Source: Deltaproteobacteria bacterium (lineage in GTDB: Bacteria > Desulfobacterota > Desulfobaccia > Desulfobaccales > 0-14-0-80-60-11). From it: DNA of 64,000 nucleotides. Of this stretch, positions 23,435-31,247 are shown in pieces. The first letter of the stretch is position 1, and the number at the start of each line of letters is the position of its first letter. Below the pieces are notes generated by a model. That model made no database searches. It was not told where the DNA came from and saw only the letters and a list, made by a program, of their open reading frames with translations. The DNA lies in NCBI GenBank assembly GCA_026388765.1, contig JAPLJC010000033.1:2408-66407 (forward strand). The letters run 5' to 3'. Both the position numbers and the translations under genes were made by a program.

Positions 23435-24225
23435 CTGCCGCCCGCCGGCTCCTCGTCCAGAATCAGCCGGGCCAGGTCCTCGGTGATCCGGCTGGTCTTT
23501 TTGGCATTGGCCAGGCTCACCAGTTTGACGGTGCGGTTGCGGATCATGCGCCAGTCGCCGCCATACGGGGCCTGGTTCAGGAGCAAGGCCGCGGCCGGCT
23601 CGATCTTGAGCTCAGCCGACTTCCAACCGTAATTCATGATGGCCTGGGCCTCCACCGCCTCGAACCGCACTCCGCCCAGACTCCGGGACCACAGCCGGGA
23701 GTTCGCCCGCATGACTTCATCCATCTTGAGTTCGCCGATGAGGATGAAGGCGGCGCCGGAGAGGTCGGCCAGGTCGCGCATCAGATCCAGGTGCTTAGGG
23801 ATGCGGTCGGCTTCATCAATGAAGACGACGCGCTGTTTGGCCGGCCGTTGCAGCAGATGTTCTATGGCCCAGTCGATGCAGCGGCTGCGGTTGCGCTGCG
23901 GGGTTTCCTGGCCCAATTCCCGGCAAAGCCGCATCAGGAAGGGCAAGGTGCTGTTCTTCCAGTCCTCCCGCACCCGGATATGCGGCAACCTATGGGCCGC
24001 GGCGTGGATGGCCGAGGTGTCGGTTTTGCCTTCGCCGGCCGGACCCCAAATATAGTCGAGACAACCCTTGCCCGCCATCTGGGCGATGGTCTCCATCCGG
24101 GCCAGGAACTCCTGCTCGTTGCGGGTCTCCACCCAGGCCGGGGCGAATTTTAGGCACTTCCAGGGCTCCGGGGCCTTGGCCTCGGGCCGGATCTGCGTCA
24201 CGGCGCTGCTTTTTTCTGTTGCCAT
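23431..24225 (-). CDS. MuB-like transposition ATPase (AAA+)
   Basis: Walker A (GPAGEGKT) and Walker B (VVFIDEAD). The gene lies directly downstream of the transposase. Confidence 0.8.
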   Translation of the reverse strand: MATEKSSAVTQIRPEAKAPEPWKCLKFAPAWVETRNEQEFLARMETIAQMAGKGCLDYIWGPAGEGKTDTSAIHAAAHRLPHIRVREDWKNSTLPFLMRLCRELGQETPQRNRSRCIDWAIEHLLQRPAKQRVVFIDEADRIPKHLDLMRDLADLSGAAFILIGELKMDEVMRANSRLWSRSLGGVRFEAVEAQAIMNYGWKSAELKIEPAAALLLNQAPYGGDWRMIRNRTVKLVSLANAKKTSRITEDLARLILDEEPAGGR

Positions 24226-24369
24226 TCAGACCTCCGTAAAGCCGTTACAAGTTTCCCCGGGCGCCATAGCCCTGTCGTAAAAAGGCGATTCATAGTTATT
24301 GCAAGTGCCAAACATTTCACACTCTTCTGCCTCTTGCCAATGCTCGCAGAATTCGCAGGTTTCCTTCAC
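24226..24369 (-). CDS. Small Cys-rich ORF (47 aa) between the transposase and the ATPase, speculative
   Basis: The GTG start overlaps the transposase stop (GTGA). It begins KETCEFCEHW...GTCNN...ETCNG and lies in a lower-GC patch. Confidence 0.3.
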   Translation of the reverse strand: MKETCEFCEHWQEAEECEMFGTCNNYESPFYDRAMAPGETCNGFTEV

Positions 24370-26708
24370 TCCCACACCTCCGTCGCCGCCTGCAGTTTCA
24401 CTGCCTCGAACCACGCCTCCAGGCGCCGGTAACTATCGCTCTTCTCGAACCAGTGCCTGGCCTGCCGCTGTTCCGGGTTGAGTTTGCCGCCCCGGGCCAG
24501 GGCCTTAATGATGGCCACGTATTCCTGCACCTCGGGCGACTCCTTCAAGTCCTCCAGGACCTGCTGCCGCTGCCGGGCGATGTTGGCCAGCTCCGCCGCT
24601 CCGTCCTCGATCTTCCGGTCCCGGGCCGCATCGGGCACCAGCCGCAGGGCGGCCCGGTCGTCATAGTCCTGAAGTTCCCGGTAAGCCCCGCCCTGGTAAT
24701 CCGCCGCCCCGAAACCGGCCACGGCCACCTTGGGCTTGGGCATAACCGCCAGTTGCCGGCCGTAATCCATCGGACCGCACAACCCCTCGGCCAGCTTGCG
24801 GTTGCCCTTGTGCGCCCGGACGATGCGCGCCTTGGCCTTGATATGCTCCTCCAGGTCCAGGCCGCCCCGCAGGCCGTTGTGCACCGTGCAGATGAAAGGC
24901 CCGGGCTGGCCGTTTTCCAGGCATTCCCAGATGGTGCCCCGGGTGACGTCGGCCAGCGACGGCTTGAAAATCACCCGCTTGCCCTGGAAATTCTGCACCC
25001 GCTCCATCCCCGCGGCGCTGTCCGCCATATAGGCGCCCAGCATCCCGCCCCAACTGAAGCCGGAGTTGTAGGTGCGCTCGAAGGCCGGCGCCATCAGGGT
25101 GTCCAGGTGCTCGGGGGAGGCGATGCGGGGCGCCCGCTTGGGCGAGTTGGCCTGGCGTTCCCACACCAGGCCGCTGCGGCCGAGCCGGCAGTCCTTGAAG
25201 CGGTGCGTCTCGGCCCGGTAGACCTTCTCCAGCCAGTCGGTGACCACCGCCTTCAATTCCGCCGCCGTGGCCCCGCAGGAGAGCTTCACCGGGTTCTTCT
25301 GGTGGTAAAAGACCTCCTGGAAGCGCTGAAATTCGTCGATGCGCTTGCGCTGCACCGGGTTGTGGCCCACGTACCAGGGCAGGGCCTCGAACAGCATCCG
25401 GGCCATCGAGCCGAAAAAGGTCTCGACGTGGGGTTTCTGCCAGGGGGCGTAGGCGTCGCAGTCCCGCTGGGCGATGCCCATCTGGGCGCAGGCCGTGCGG
25501 ATGTGCTGGCTCTTGAAGATCATGCCCCGGTCGCCGATGATCCACTCCGGTACACCCCAGGCCAGGAACCCCTGGCGAAACAACTTGGCCACCGTCAGTG
25601 AGGTGGCGTGCTTCTCCACTTCGATGATGGCGTCCCGGCTGAAGATGTCCACCGCCGCCAGGATCTCGTGGCGGCCGTCGGCCAGCATGACGTCGGCCGG
25701 GGTGGCGTCGATCTCCCAACGCTCGCCGAAATAGCCGGCCTGTTCGCCGGAGAGGCCGCCCTTGGGCTGAAATTGCGCCCGCCAGAACGACGGCAGGCAG
25801 ATGGCCGCCAGCTTCTCTTGTTCCTTATAGAGGAAGGACTCCAAAAACTTGGTGAAGTGGCCGTAGTGGGGGAGGTGCGTGTGCTGTGCGAACTCCGCCT
25901 TCAGCCGCCGGTAGATCAGGGCCTTGTTGCACTCCAGCCTGGTAGCACAGGCATCCCTGCCTGTGGAACTTTTAGGCCACAACTTCACCTGGCCCTTCCA
26001 GAACAGGGCGGTGATGTAGGCCTTCATGTCCGGGGTCATGGTCTGGACGCCCAGGCCCGGCTTCTGATAAGTCCCGTCCGCCTGGAGGCCGTAGCCCCGC
26101 CCCAGGGCGCACAGCCCCGGCGAGTTCTCCTGCTTCGCCGCCCACTTGTAGGACGTTTGCCAGGAGACCTTTTTAATATTCGCCAGGACCTCGGGGATCT
26201 CGTGGGGCTCGAACCCCAGGTCGGCTAATTCTTGATAAACCGCCGCGCTTGGCTCCGACCTTTGCTTTTTCCTGGCCCCTGACCACTGCCACCTTAGCAC
26301 CGCGTTCAGCCGGCCGTAAAATTCCTTCAAGGCCGCGGTCTTGCCTCCTGCCCGGCTCAGACAAAAATTCGCCCCTGCCCGCAACACCGCCGTCCGGGCC
26401 AGGGCTACCTTCATTTCCTTTGGCGTCAGCCTCATGATTTTGGGGGCCTCTTTGACCCGGGCCGCCATTGCCCCTTCCTGCACCATCTGCCAGCCCGTCG
26501 CCGTATCCCGGCGCACCTCCCAGGCCGTGATAGCCTGGCGCACATCCTCAGGCAGGGAGATATAGAGGTAGAGTTTCTTGATGCCGCCCCGGCCTCTACC
26601 CTTTTCGGTACGAAATAACCATTTTTCAGCAAAGGCCCGCACTTTCACCGCCTGGGGCGTTATTCCCATAGCCTCTGAAATCTCGGCCACTGTATAAAGT
26701 TCCTTCAT
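24366..26708 (-). CDS. MuA-like DDE transposase
   Basis: 780 aa with an N-terminal HTH (YTVAEISEAMGITPQAVKVR). The rve-type core shows WEIDATPADV (D), IIGDRGMIFKS (D) and QKPHVETFF (E). Confidence 0.9.
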   Translation of the reverse strand: MKELYTVAEISEAMGITPQAVKVRAFAEKWLFRTEKGRGRGGIKKLYLYISLPEDVRQAITAWEVRRDTATGWQMVQEGAMAARVKEAPKIMRLTPKEMKVALARTAVLRAGANFCLSRAGGKTAALKEFYGRLNAVLRWQWSGARKKQRSEPSAAVYQELADLGFEPHEIPEVLANIKKVSWQTSYKWAAKQENSPGLCALGRGYGLQADGTYQKPGLGVQTMTPDMKAYITALFWKGQVKLWPKSSTGRDACATRLECNKALIYRRLKAEFAQHTHLPHYGHFTKFLESFLYKEQEKLAAICLPSFWRAQFQPKGGLSGEQAGYFGERWEIDATPADVMLADGRHEILAAVDIFSRDAIIEVEKHATSLTVAKLFRQGFLAWGVPEWIIGDRGMIFKSQHIRTACAQMGIAQRDCDAYAPWQKPHVETFFGSMARMLFEALPWYVGHNPVQRKRIDEFQRFQEVFYHQKNPVKLSCGATAAELKAVVTDWLEKVYRAETHRFKDCRLGRSGLVWERQANSPKRAPRIASPEHLDTLMAPAFERTYNSGFSWGGMLGAYMADSAAGMERVQNFQGKRVIFKPSLADVTRGTIWECLENGQPGPFICTVHNGLRGGLDLEEHIKAKARIVRAHKGNRKLAEGLCGPMDYGRQLAVMPKPKVAVAGFGAADYQGGAYRELQDYDDRAALRLVPDAARDRKIEDGAAELANIARQRQQVLEDLKESPEVQEYVAIIKALARGGKLNPEQRQARHWFEKSDSYRRLEAWFEAVKLQAATEVWE

Positions 26709-27181
26709 TGGACCGGGTGCTCCTGGACCGGCCAGTCTTCTTCGGCCGCGCGAACCTCGACTTCCTCCACCGAGATATTCAGGGCTTCGGCGATTTCGGC
26801 CGCCGTATAGAACTCTTTCCGCTTAATCAGGATTCCCAACTCCTTGATTATGGGACACACCTCCATACTCTCGATGGCGGCCCATCTCAGCAGCACTATT
26901 TGCAGCCGGCGGGGAAACTCGCGCTCCCGCATGAAGGCTCTGATATTTTCCTTGTCCATTTCGCCGACGCAGTAGGCCTCCAAAATCAGACCGGTCTCTT
27001 CGTCCCCGCCCAAATACTCCAGCGCCTCCGAGAGGCCCACGTTGTCCTTAGTCCGGATGCGCAACAGCACCAGGGGACACCAGGATTCTTCCACGACTGC
27101 GGTGATCGCCTCGAATAAACTGGCCGGGTTCAGGTCCGCCCCTGCCAATCGGCTGCCGCCATCCTTTTCTGTTGTGGTCAC
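26705..27181 (-). CDS. Hypothetical early protein with a C-terminal HTH
   Basis: FYTAAEIAEALNISVEEVEVR. It overlaps the transposase start. Confidence 0.55.
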   Translation of the reverse strand: MTTTEKDGGSRLAGADLNPASLFEAITAVVEESWCPLVLLRIRTKDNVGLSEALEYLGGDEETGLILEAYCVGEMDKENIRAFMREREFPRRLQIVLLRWAAIESMEVCPIIKELGILIKRKEFYTAAEIAEALNISVEEVEVRAAEEDWPVQEHPVQ

Positions 27182-27184
27182 AAC

Positions 27185-27670
27185 TCACCCCTTCATCGAC
27201 CCATTGAAGAGTTGCAGCAGCTGCTCCCGCCGCCGCACCTCCCGTTGTTGTTCCTTGATATCCGCCTTCATTCGGTTGATCTCGCCCTTCAGGGCTTCCG
27301 GCCCGGCAAAGGCGAACAGGTCCCGCTTCCGGTTCAGTACCAGCAGCGCTCCATCGTCCGCCGTGGCCGCGTCGAAGGCCGGCAGATACTCCGCCGGCAC
27401 ATGCCGCTCCTTGGAGTCCGCCGTCCAACTGTCAATCATTTCTTTGGTGATTTGCGTGTTCAACAGGTGGGACATCTGGCCTGCCACTTCGTAGCGGGAC
27501 CGCGGGCATTTCTTCAAGGCCAGGTTCAGGGCCGCCTTCAAATCGGTGACACAAGCCATTGACCCAGCCCTGTCACCTTGCTCTGTTTGCGCCCGCTTCA
27601 ACTCGTCGAAGATCGAGAGTTGCCGGGGCGAGTCTATTCTTTTTGCCAATTTAGACATTGACACTTGCAA
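27185..27670 (-). CDS. Hypothetical early protein (coiled-coil C-terminus)
   Basis: 161-aa ORF, the second gene of the early operon. Confidence 0.55.
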   Translation of the reverse strand: MQVSMSKLAKRIDSPRQLSIFDELKRAQTEQGDRAGSMACVTDLKAALNLALKKCPRSRYEVAGQMSHLLNTQITKEMIDSWTADSKERHVPAEYLPAFDAATADDGALLVLNRKRDLFAFAGPEALKGEINRMKADIKEQQREVRRREQLLQLFNGSMKG

Positions 27671-27691
27671 CCCTATTGCATTACAAAGGGG

Positions 27692-27916
27692 TTAATGGGC
27701 GTTGGCCCGCCACCTCGGTTTCGGTTCGTATTCCGGGAAGACCTCCCGCAACTTCAAATCCAAGGTGTCGGCCAGGGCCGCCATGATCCTGAGGCTCACC
27801 AGCTTGCGGTGGGCCACCAGGTACACCGCATTGGCGGATACTCCGATCTTTTTGGCCACCGCCCGCATGGAGGTGCCCTTTTTAAGCAGTTCGATACGGA
27901 TTTCTAAGGCATTCAT
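27692..27916 (-). CDS. Ner/Cro-like HTH regulator, first gene of the early operon
   Basis: 74 aa. SMRAVAKKIGVSANAVYLV is HTH-like. It is divergent from the repressor across the operator region. Confidence 0.65.
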   Translation of the reverse strand: MNALEIRIELLKKGTSMRAVAKKIGVSANAVYLVAHRKLVSLRIMAALADTLDLKLREVFPEYEPKPRWRANAH

Positions 27917-28012
27917 GGGACCACCTCTTAATTATTTGACTGTTAAAACCATGTATAAATCAATAAATTGATTGTTGCAAGCAAAAAATTGCGTTATCCA
28001 TCAATTTTTTAA

Positions 28013-28121
28013 TTGCTAAGTCGTTTTTTTGCCTAAACCTTTATTAATAATTATATCACTTAGTTAAGGCACTTTTTTAGGTTGCTAAGTCATTTGCTAA
28101 GTCGAGCCTGCGACTTAGCAA
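28013..28121. promoter_or_regulatory. Operator array: TTGCTAAGTC x3 direct (28013-22, 28082-91, 28094-103) plus an inverted copy GACTTAGCAA (28112-21)
   Basis: Exact 10-mers read in the AT-rich divergent region. The last direct copy and the inverted copy form a palindrome with an 8-bp spacer. Confidence 0.6.
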
Positions 28122-28135
28122 CCAAAGTTGGCCCC

Positions 28136-28543
28136 ATGAACCTCCAGGAACGCCTAAAATTGGTCATGCAAGATTCCGGTTTGACAATTCCTGATTTCGC
28201 TAAAAAATTGAGTGTCGCAGGAAGTACTCTTGTCAACTACCGCGATGGCCGGACCTCTCCCACCTTTGATCTGCTCATGAAGATTTGTACGGAATTTTCG
28301 ATAAATCCTGACTGGTTATTGCTGGGCAAGGGAGGTATACACCCCGGCGAGGCCGATGAAGCCGGCCGGCTGGCCCATATCGACCTGGCAGTGCAGCTGG
28401 TGGAGGAGGCGGTTAACGAAACCGGGGTACAGATCACCCCGCTTCAGAAGATCGCCCTGGTGCAGCTCATCCGAGAGGAGCTAAAAACCCGCACCATCGA
28501 CATCCTCAAGGTTATAAAAGGTGGAGGGACTAAAGGTGGCTAA
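28136..28543 (+). CDS. Phage repressor (XRE-family HTH)
   Basis: MNLQERLKLVMQDSGLTIPDFAKKLSVAGSTLVNYRDGRTSP...DWLLLGKGG is typical of a phage c/CI-like N-domain. The ATG at 28136 is preferred because the track's TTG start at 28082 lies on the operators. Confidence 0.75.
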   Translation: MNLQERLKLVMQDSGLTIPDFAKKLSVAGSTLVNYRDGRTSPTFDLLMKICTEFSINPDWLLLGKGGIHPGEADEAGRLAHIDLAVQLVEEAVNETGVQITPLQKIALVQLIREELKTRTIDILKVIKGGGTKGG

Positions 28544-29213
28544 CGACGACCTAAAGGACAAAATCAAGAAGGGTTTGGAAGATTTAGAACGCTCTCGCAG
28601 TAATGTTGTGAAATTTCCACCCAAGACAGTCAGAAAGAACCGAAAGAAAAAGGAACCAACGATTTATCAATCTATTGAAGGCAATAACAACACGCAATTT
28701 GTCGGCAATCCTGTTTTTAGTATGCACCCCCCAAAGGTTACCGTTGCTCCGCCCCCGAATAGTATCGGTGCTGATCCCTTGCTTAAACAATCCATCATGG
28801 AACGATTTAATAAGTTGGGAGAATTATATAATAATCGCTTCCCTGGCAAGGGTTTTGCTATTTTGCATGGCAATTTTAAAAAAGATTTCGGGATAACAAA
28901 TCAAAACTATACCATTTATAATCAGTGGCCCCTCGGCATGGCTCCTTATGTCATTAATTATCTTGATGATCTGTATGTATATACTGTTTCTGGCAGATTT
29001 GCCCAGCGGATGATTAATAAGGATTACCTGCAAACCAAGAATTATTGTAAAAAGAGAGAAAAGGAGTTGACGAAAGAGTTAAATCTAAATATAAATGGTC
29101 CAGAGATGATCCAGTGGCTTTATCAGCGTTTTATGGTATCTTCCTATCAGCAGCTTGACCGACTTCAACATAATCTATTTGTTACATATTTGGAAGATAT
29201 GGTTCTCAAATGA
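28521..29213 (+). CDS. AT-rich accessory protein of unknown function (about 225-230 aa), translationally coupled to the repressor
   Basis: ORF track entry. The alternative GTG at 28536 overlaps the repressor stop (28541-28543). It is visibly AT-rich and I recognise no motif. Confidence 0.6.
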   Translation: MEGLKVANDDLKDKIKKGLEDLERSRSNVVKFPPKTVRKNRKKKEPTIYQSIEGNNNTQFVGNPVFSMHPPKVTVAPPPNSIGADPLLKQSIMERFNKLGELYNNRFPGKGFAILHGNFKKDFGITNQNYTIYNQWPLGMAPYVINYLDDLYVYTVSGRFAQRMINKDYLQTKNYCKKREKELTKELNLNINGPEMIQWLYQRFMVSSYQQLDRLQHNLFVTYLEDMVLK

Positions 29214-29270
29214 AGTAATACACAGATTGGCCTCCGGCCGACCTAATTCATAAACAGGAGGATTAATTAA

Positions 29271-29648
29271 ATGCTTATATCTCTTAGAAGGTTAGTTGTT
29301 TTGGCAATTGTGCTTTTATTTGCCTTGGTTGCCATTTCTCAAGCCGCCGAAACCTCCATGAAAGAGATGTACCTGATCGTAAGTAAGTACGCCAAAGCAG
29401 ACATTAATCGGGTTGAGTTCGAAAAGGCTATGGGAAATGCTGAAGCCGAATTTGATTTATTTAAAGATTCTAAGATTGCCAAGAAAAACCCTGAGTTCAC
29501 TGAGCACATAGCTAAGGCTATGGAGGCTATTAAGAGCGCTGGTTTTTTTACTTTTGTGGCCCCTTCTCCTAAAGGCAGTCAACAACGGGAAGCTGCCTGG
29601 AAAGCTACCAAAAGAGAGCTTGAGGCTGCCAAACAATACTTAAAATAG
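29271..29648 (+). CDS. AT-rich secreted/periplasmic helical protein (125 aa), unknown function
   Basis: The N-terminus MLISLRRLVVLAIVLLFALVAISQAAE looks like a signal peptide. An SD (AGGAGGA) lies upstream. Confidence 0.65.
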   Translation: MLISLRRLVVLAIVLLFALVAISQAAETSMKEMYLIVSKYAKADINRVEFEKAMGNAEAEFDLFKDSKIAKKNPEFTEHIAKAMEAIKSAGFFTFVAPSPKGSQQREAAWKATKRELEAAKQYLK

Positions 29649-29800
29649 ATGGAATAACTATTAATGGGGCGGCCTGCCTGGCCAGCTCGCCGCCGGCAAA
29701 TTCTCGTTGCCGCCGCTGGGACGTTGTTCCCTACGCCGTCCTCCCCGATGGTGGCCACGGCCCCTGGTGCCCCAATTGTAAGCTCCCGATCCAAAAATAA

Positions 29801-29818
29801 AGGCGGCCCCAGCCGCCT
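29801..29818 (+). terminator. Possible intrinsic terminator after the accessory module
   Basis: AGGCGG-ccccag-CCGCCT followed by AACCTTTTCTCATTTT. Confidence 0.35.
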
Positions 29819-29823
29819 AACCT

Positions 29824-29964
29824 TTTCTCATTTTGCATGCGCACCCAACTTTTTTTAACCCTTTTTCTCATTTCCCCATTTTTTTCTCCTCTCCCCTTAA
29901 CTCCCTAAAAGTCCCCCAAAAGTTCCCTTCTCGTCTCATCAACCCCGCGCCTTTCCTTTCTCAT
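29824..29964 (-). repeat. G-poor end region with TTTCTCAT motifs (29824-31, 29864-71, 29957-64; variant GTCTCAT near 29933): candidate transposase-binding sites
   Basis: The motifs were read directly. Measured from a putative CA terminus at 29969-29970, the spacing is about 7, 100 and 140 nt, which resembles the Mu L1/L2/L3 layout. Confidence 0.35.
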
Positions 29965-29969
29965 ATCCC

Positions 29970-30296
29970 ATGCTCCCCCCCACTCCCCCAGCAAAGCCCA
30001 CAATTCATCCTGGCTCACGGCGTTGTGACCCGGGCCATGACGTAGTGATGGTCGGCGCCGGTATCCTGGAGTTGGCCGGCGCCTATCATATCCTGCAGGC
30101 ACGCCGGGGCCTCGCTCCCCTGGCTGAGATCACGGTTGACCGGCGAGGTGAACAGGTCCCGGTAGGGCGCGGCGCTCCTGGCCGTGGTGCCCCGGCCTGC
30201 GGCGGCTTCAAGATGTTGGGGACCAACGCCGAGGCCGGCGGTCCCGATTGCCTGCGGCTGTTCCTGGAGATGAAGAGCGTGGCCGAGCATTGGTAA
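29970..30296 (+). pseudogene. Short FAD/NAD(P)-binding oxidoreductase-like remnant
   Basis: Contains the Rossmann fingerprint HDVVMVGAGILELAGAYHILQARRG, but the ORF stops after about 85 further codons and no credible start lies close upstream of the motif. Confidence 0.3.
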
Positions 30297-30371
30297 GGCG
30301 GCCGGGGGTGCGCTCTCTTAAAAAATGATATTATTAGCAGAAATCTTTTCCTGGCGAAGGCGACTACGGCA

Positions 30372-31127
30372 ATGGCTCAAGATAGACCGGTGTCTCTGTC
30401 TCAGCAGGAAGAAGCAGAAGGCTTATCCTTGCAGAGCAGGTTTAAGTTCCAGTGCCATGACGGACTGGCCTGCTTTAACCAGTGTTGCCAAGCCCCCACC
30501 ATCCTCTTGAGCCCTTATGACATCCTGCGTCTGAAACAATTTTTAGGGCTCACTTCCGGGGAATTCCTGCGGCGCTACACCCTGCAGGGAACCGAGGAGT
30601 TTTCGAATCTACCTTTGGTCTTCATCGATGCCTTCCGGTCCCCGGGAGGCGGTTGTCCATTCATCGGGGCCCGGGGTTGCACGGTTTATGCACAGCGGCC
30701 GGCGGCCTGCCGCCTCTTCCCTATCACCATGGGCAGCCGGCTAACAAAAGATGGCCTGGTGGACTATTATTTTTGCCGCAAGTTGGATTATTGCCGGGGA
30801 TTCGCCGGCGAAGTCGAATGGACGGTGGCGTCCTGGCAGGCCAACCAGGGGTTCGCCGAGTTTGACCAGGGGCGCCGGAAATGGCTGGAGATCCTGCTCC
30901 AGGCAGGACTTGAGGGGCCTATGGAAGCTCGGAGGCGAGACCTGGTCGCCACCGTGGCCTATGATCTGGACAAATTCCGCCAATCGCTCTTGGAGCCTGC
31001 CTTTCTGAAAAACAACGGTTTAGAAGACCAGGCTTTGGAAGAGCTCAGGAGGGACGATCTGGCCCTCCTCCAATTTAGCTACCACTATCTGCAAACCATC
31101 CTGTTTACGGATAAGAAGTTGATTTAA
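30372..31127 (+). CDS. YkgJ-family Cys-cluster (CxxCxxCC) protein
   Basis: FKFQCHDGLACFNQCCQ ... GGGCPFIGARGCTVYAQRPAACRLFP. Confidence 0.7.
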   Translation: MAQDRPVSLSQQEEAEGLSLQSRFKFQCHDGLACFNQCCQAPTILLSPYDILRLKQFLGLTSGEFLRRYTLQGTEEFSNLPLVFIDAFRSPGGGCPFIGARGCTVYAQRPAACRLFPITMGSRLTKDGLVDYYFCRKLDYCRGFAGEVEWTVASWQANQGFAEFDQGRRKWLEILLQAGLEGPMEARRRDLVATVAYDLDKFRQSLLEPAFLKNNGLEDQALEELRRDDLALLQFSYHYLQTILFTDKKLI

Positions 31128-31247
31128 TCTCAGTTCGCCAAAAACCACCAACTGCCTGCGAATCATAACCTTGCCAGACCTGCCCCAAGCAAAGAGGGCG
31201 GGCCCGGAGGCCCACCCTCTCAAACTGCTCAGGACTTATAGGCAATT

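Larger units (their letters stand above)
1..29970 (-). mobile_element. Mu-like transposable prophage, partial. The tail end lies beyond the window start and the right boundary is approximate.
   Basis: Contiguous minus-strand phage modules: DDE transposase, AAA ATPase, Gam, GemA-like, MuF-like, portal, terminase and lysis genes. A divergent repressor/Ner-like pair has operator repeats between them. The boundary is inferred from the TTTCTCAT repeat spacing and the switch to host genes. Confidence 0.8.

Noticed and set aside
30015-30290. A 91-aa minus-strand ORF overlapping the oxidoreductase-like remnant.
   Set aside because: It has no recognisable motif and no SD, and the plus-strand frame carries a Rossmann fingerprint. 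The question cannot be settled without a database search, so neither ORF is called a functional CDS.
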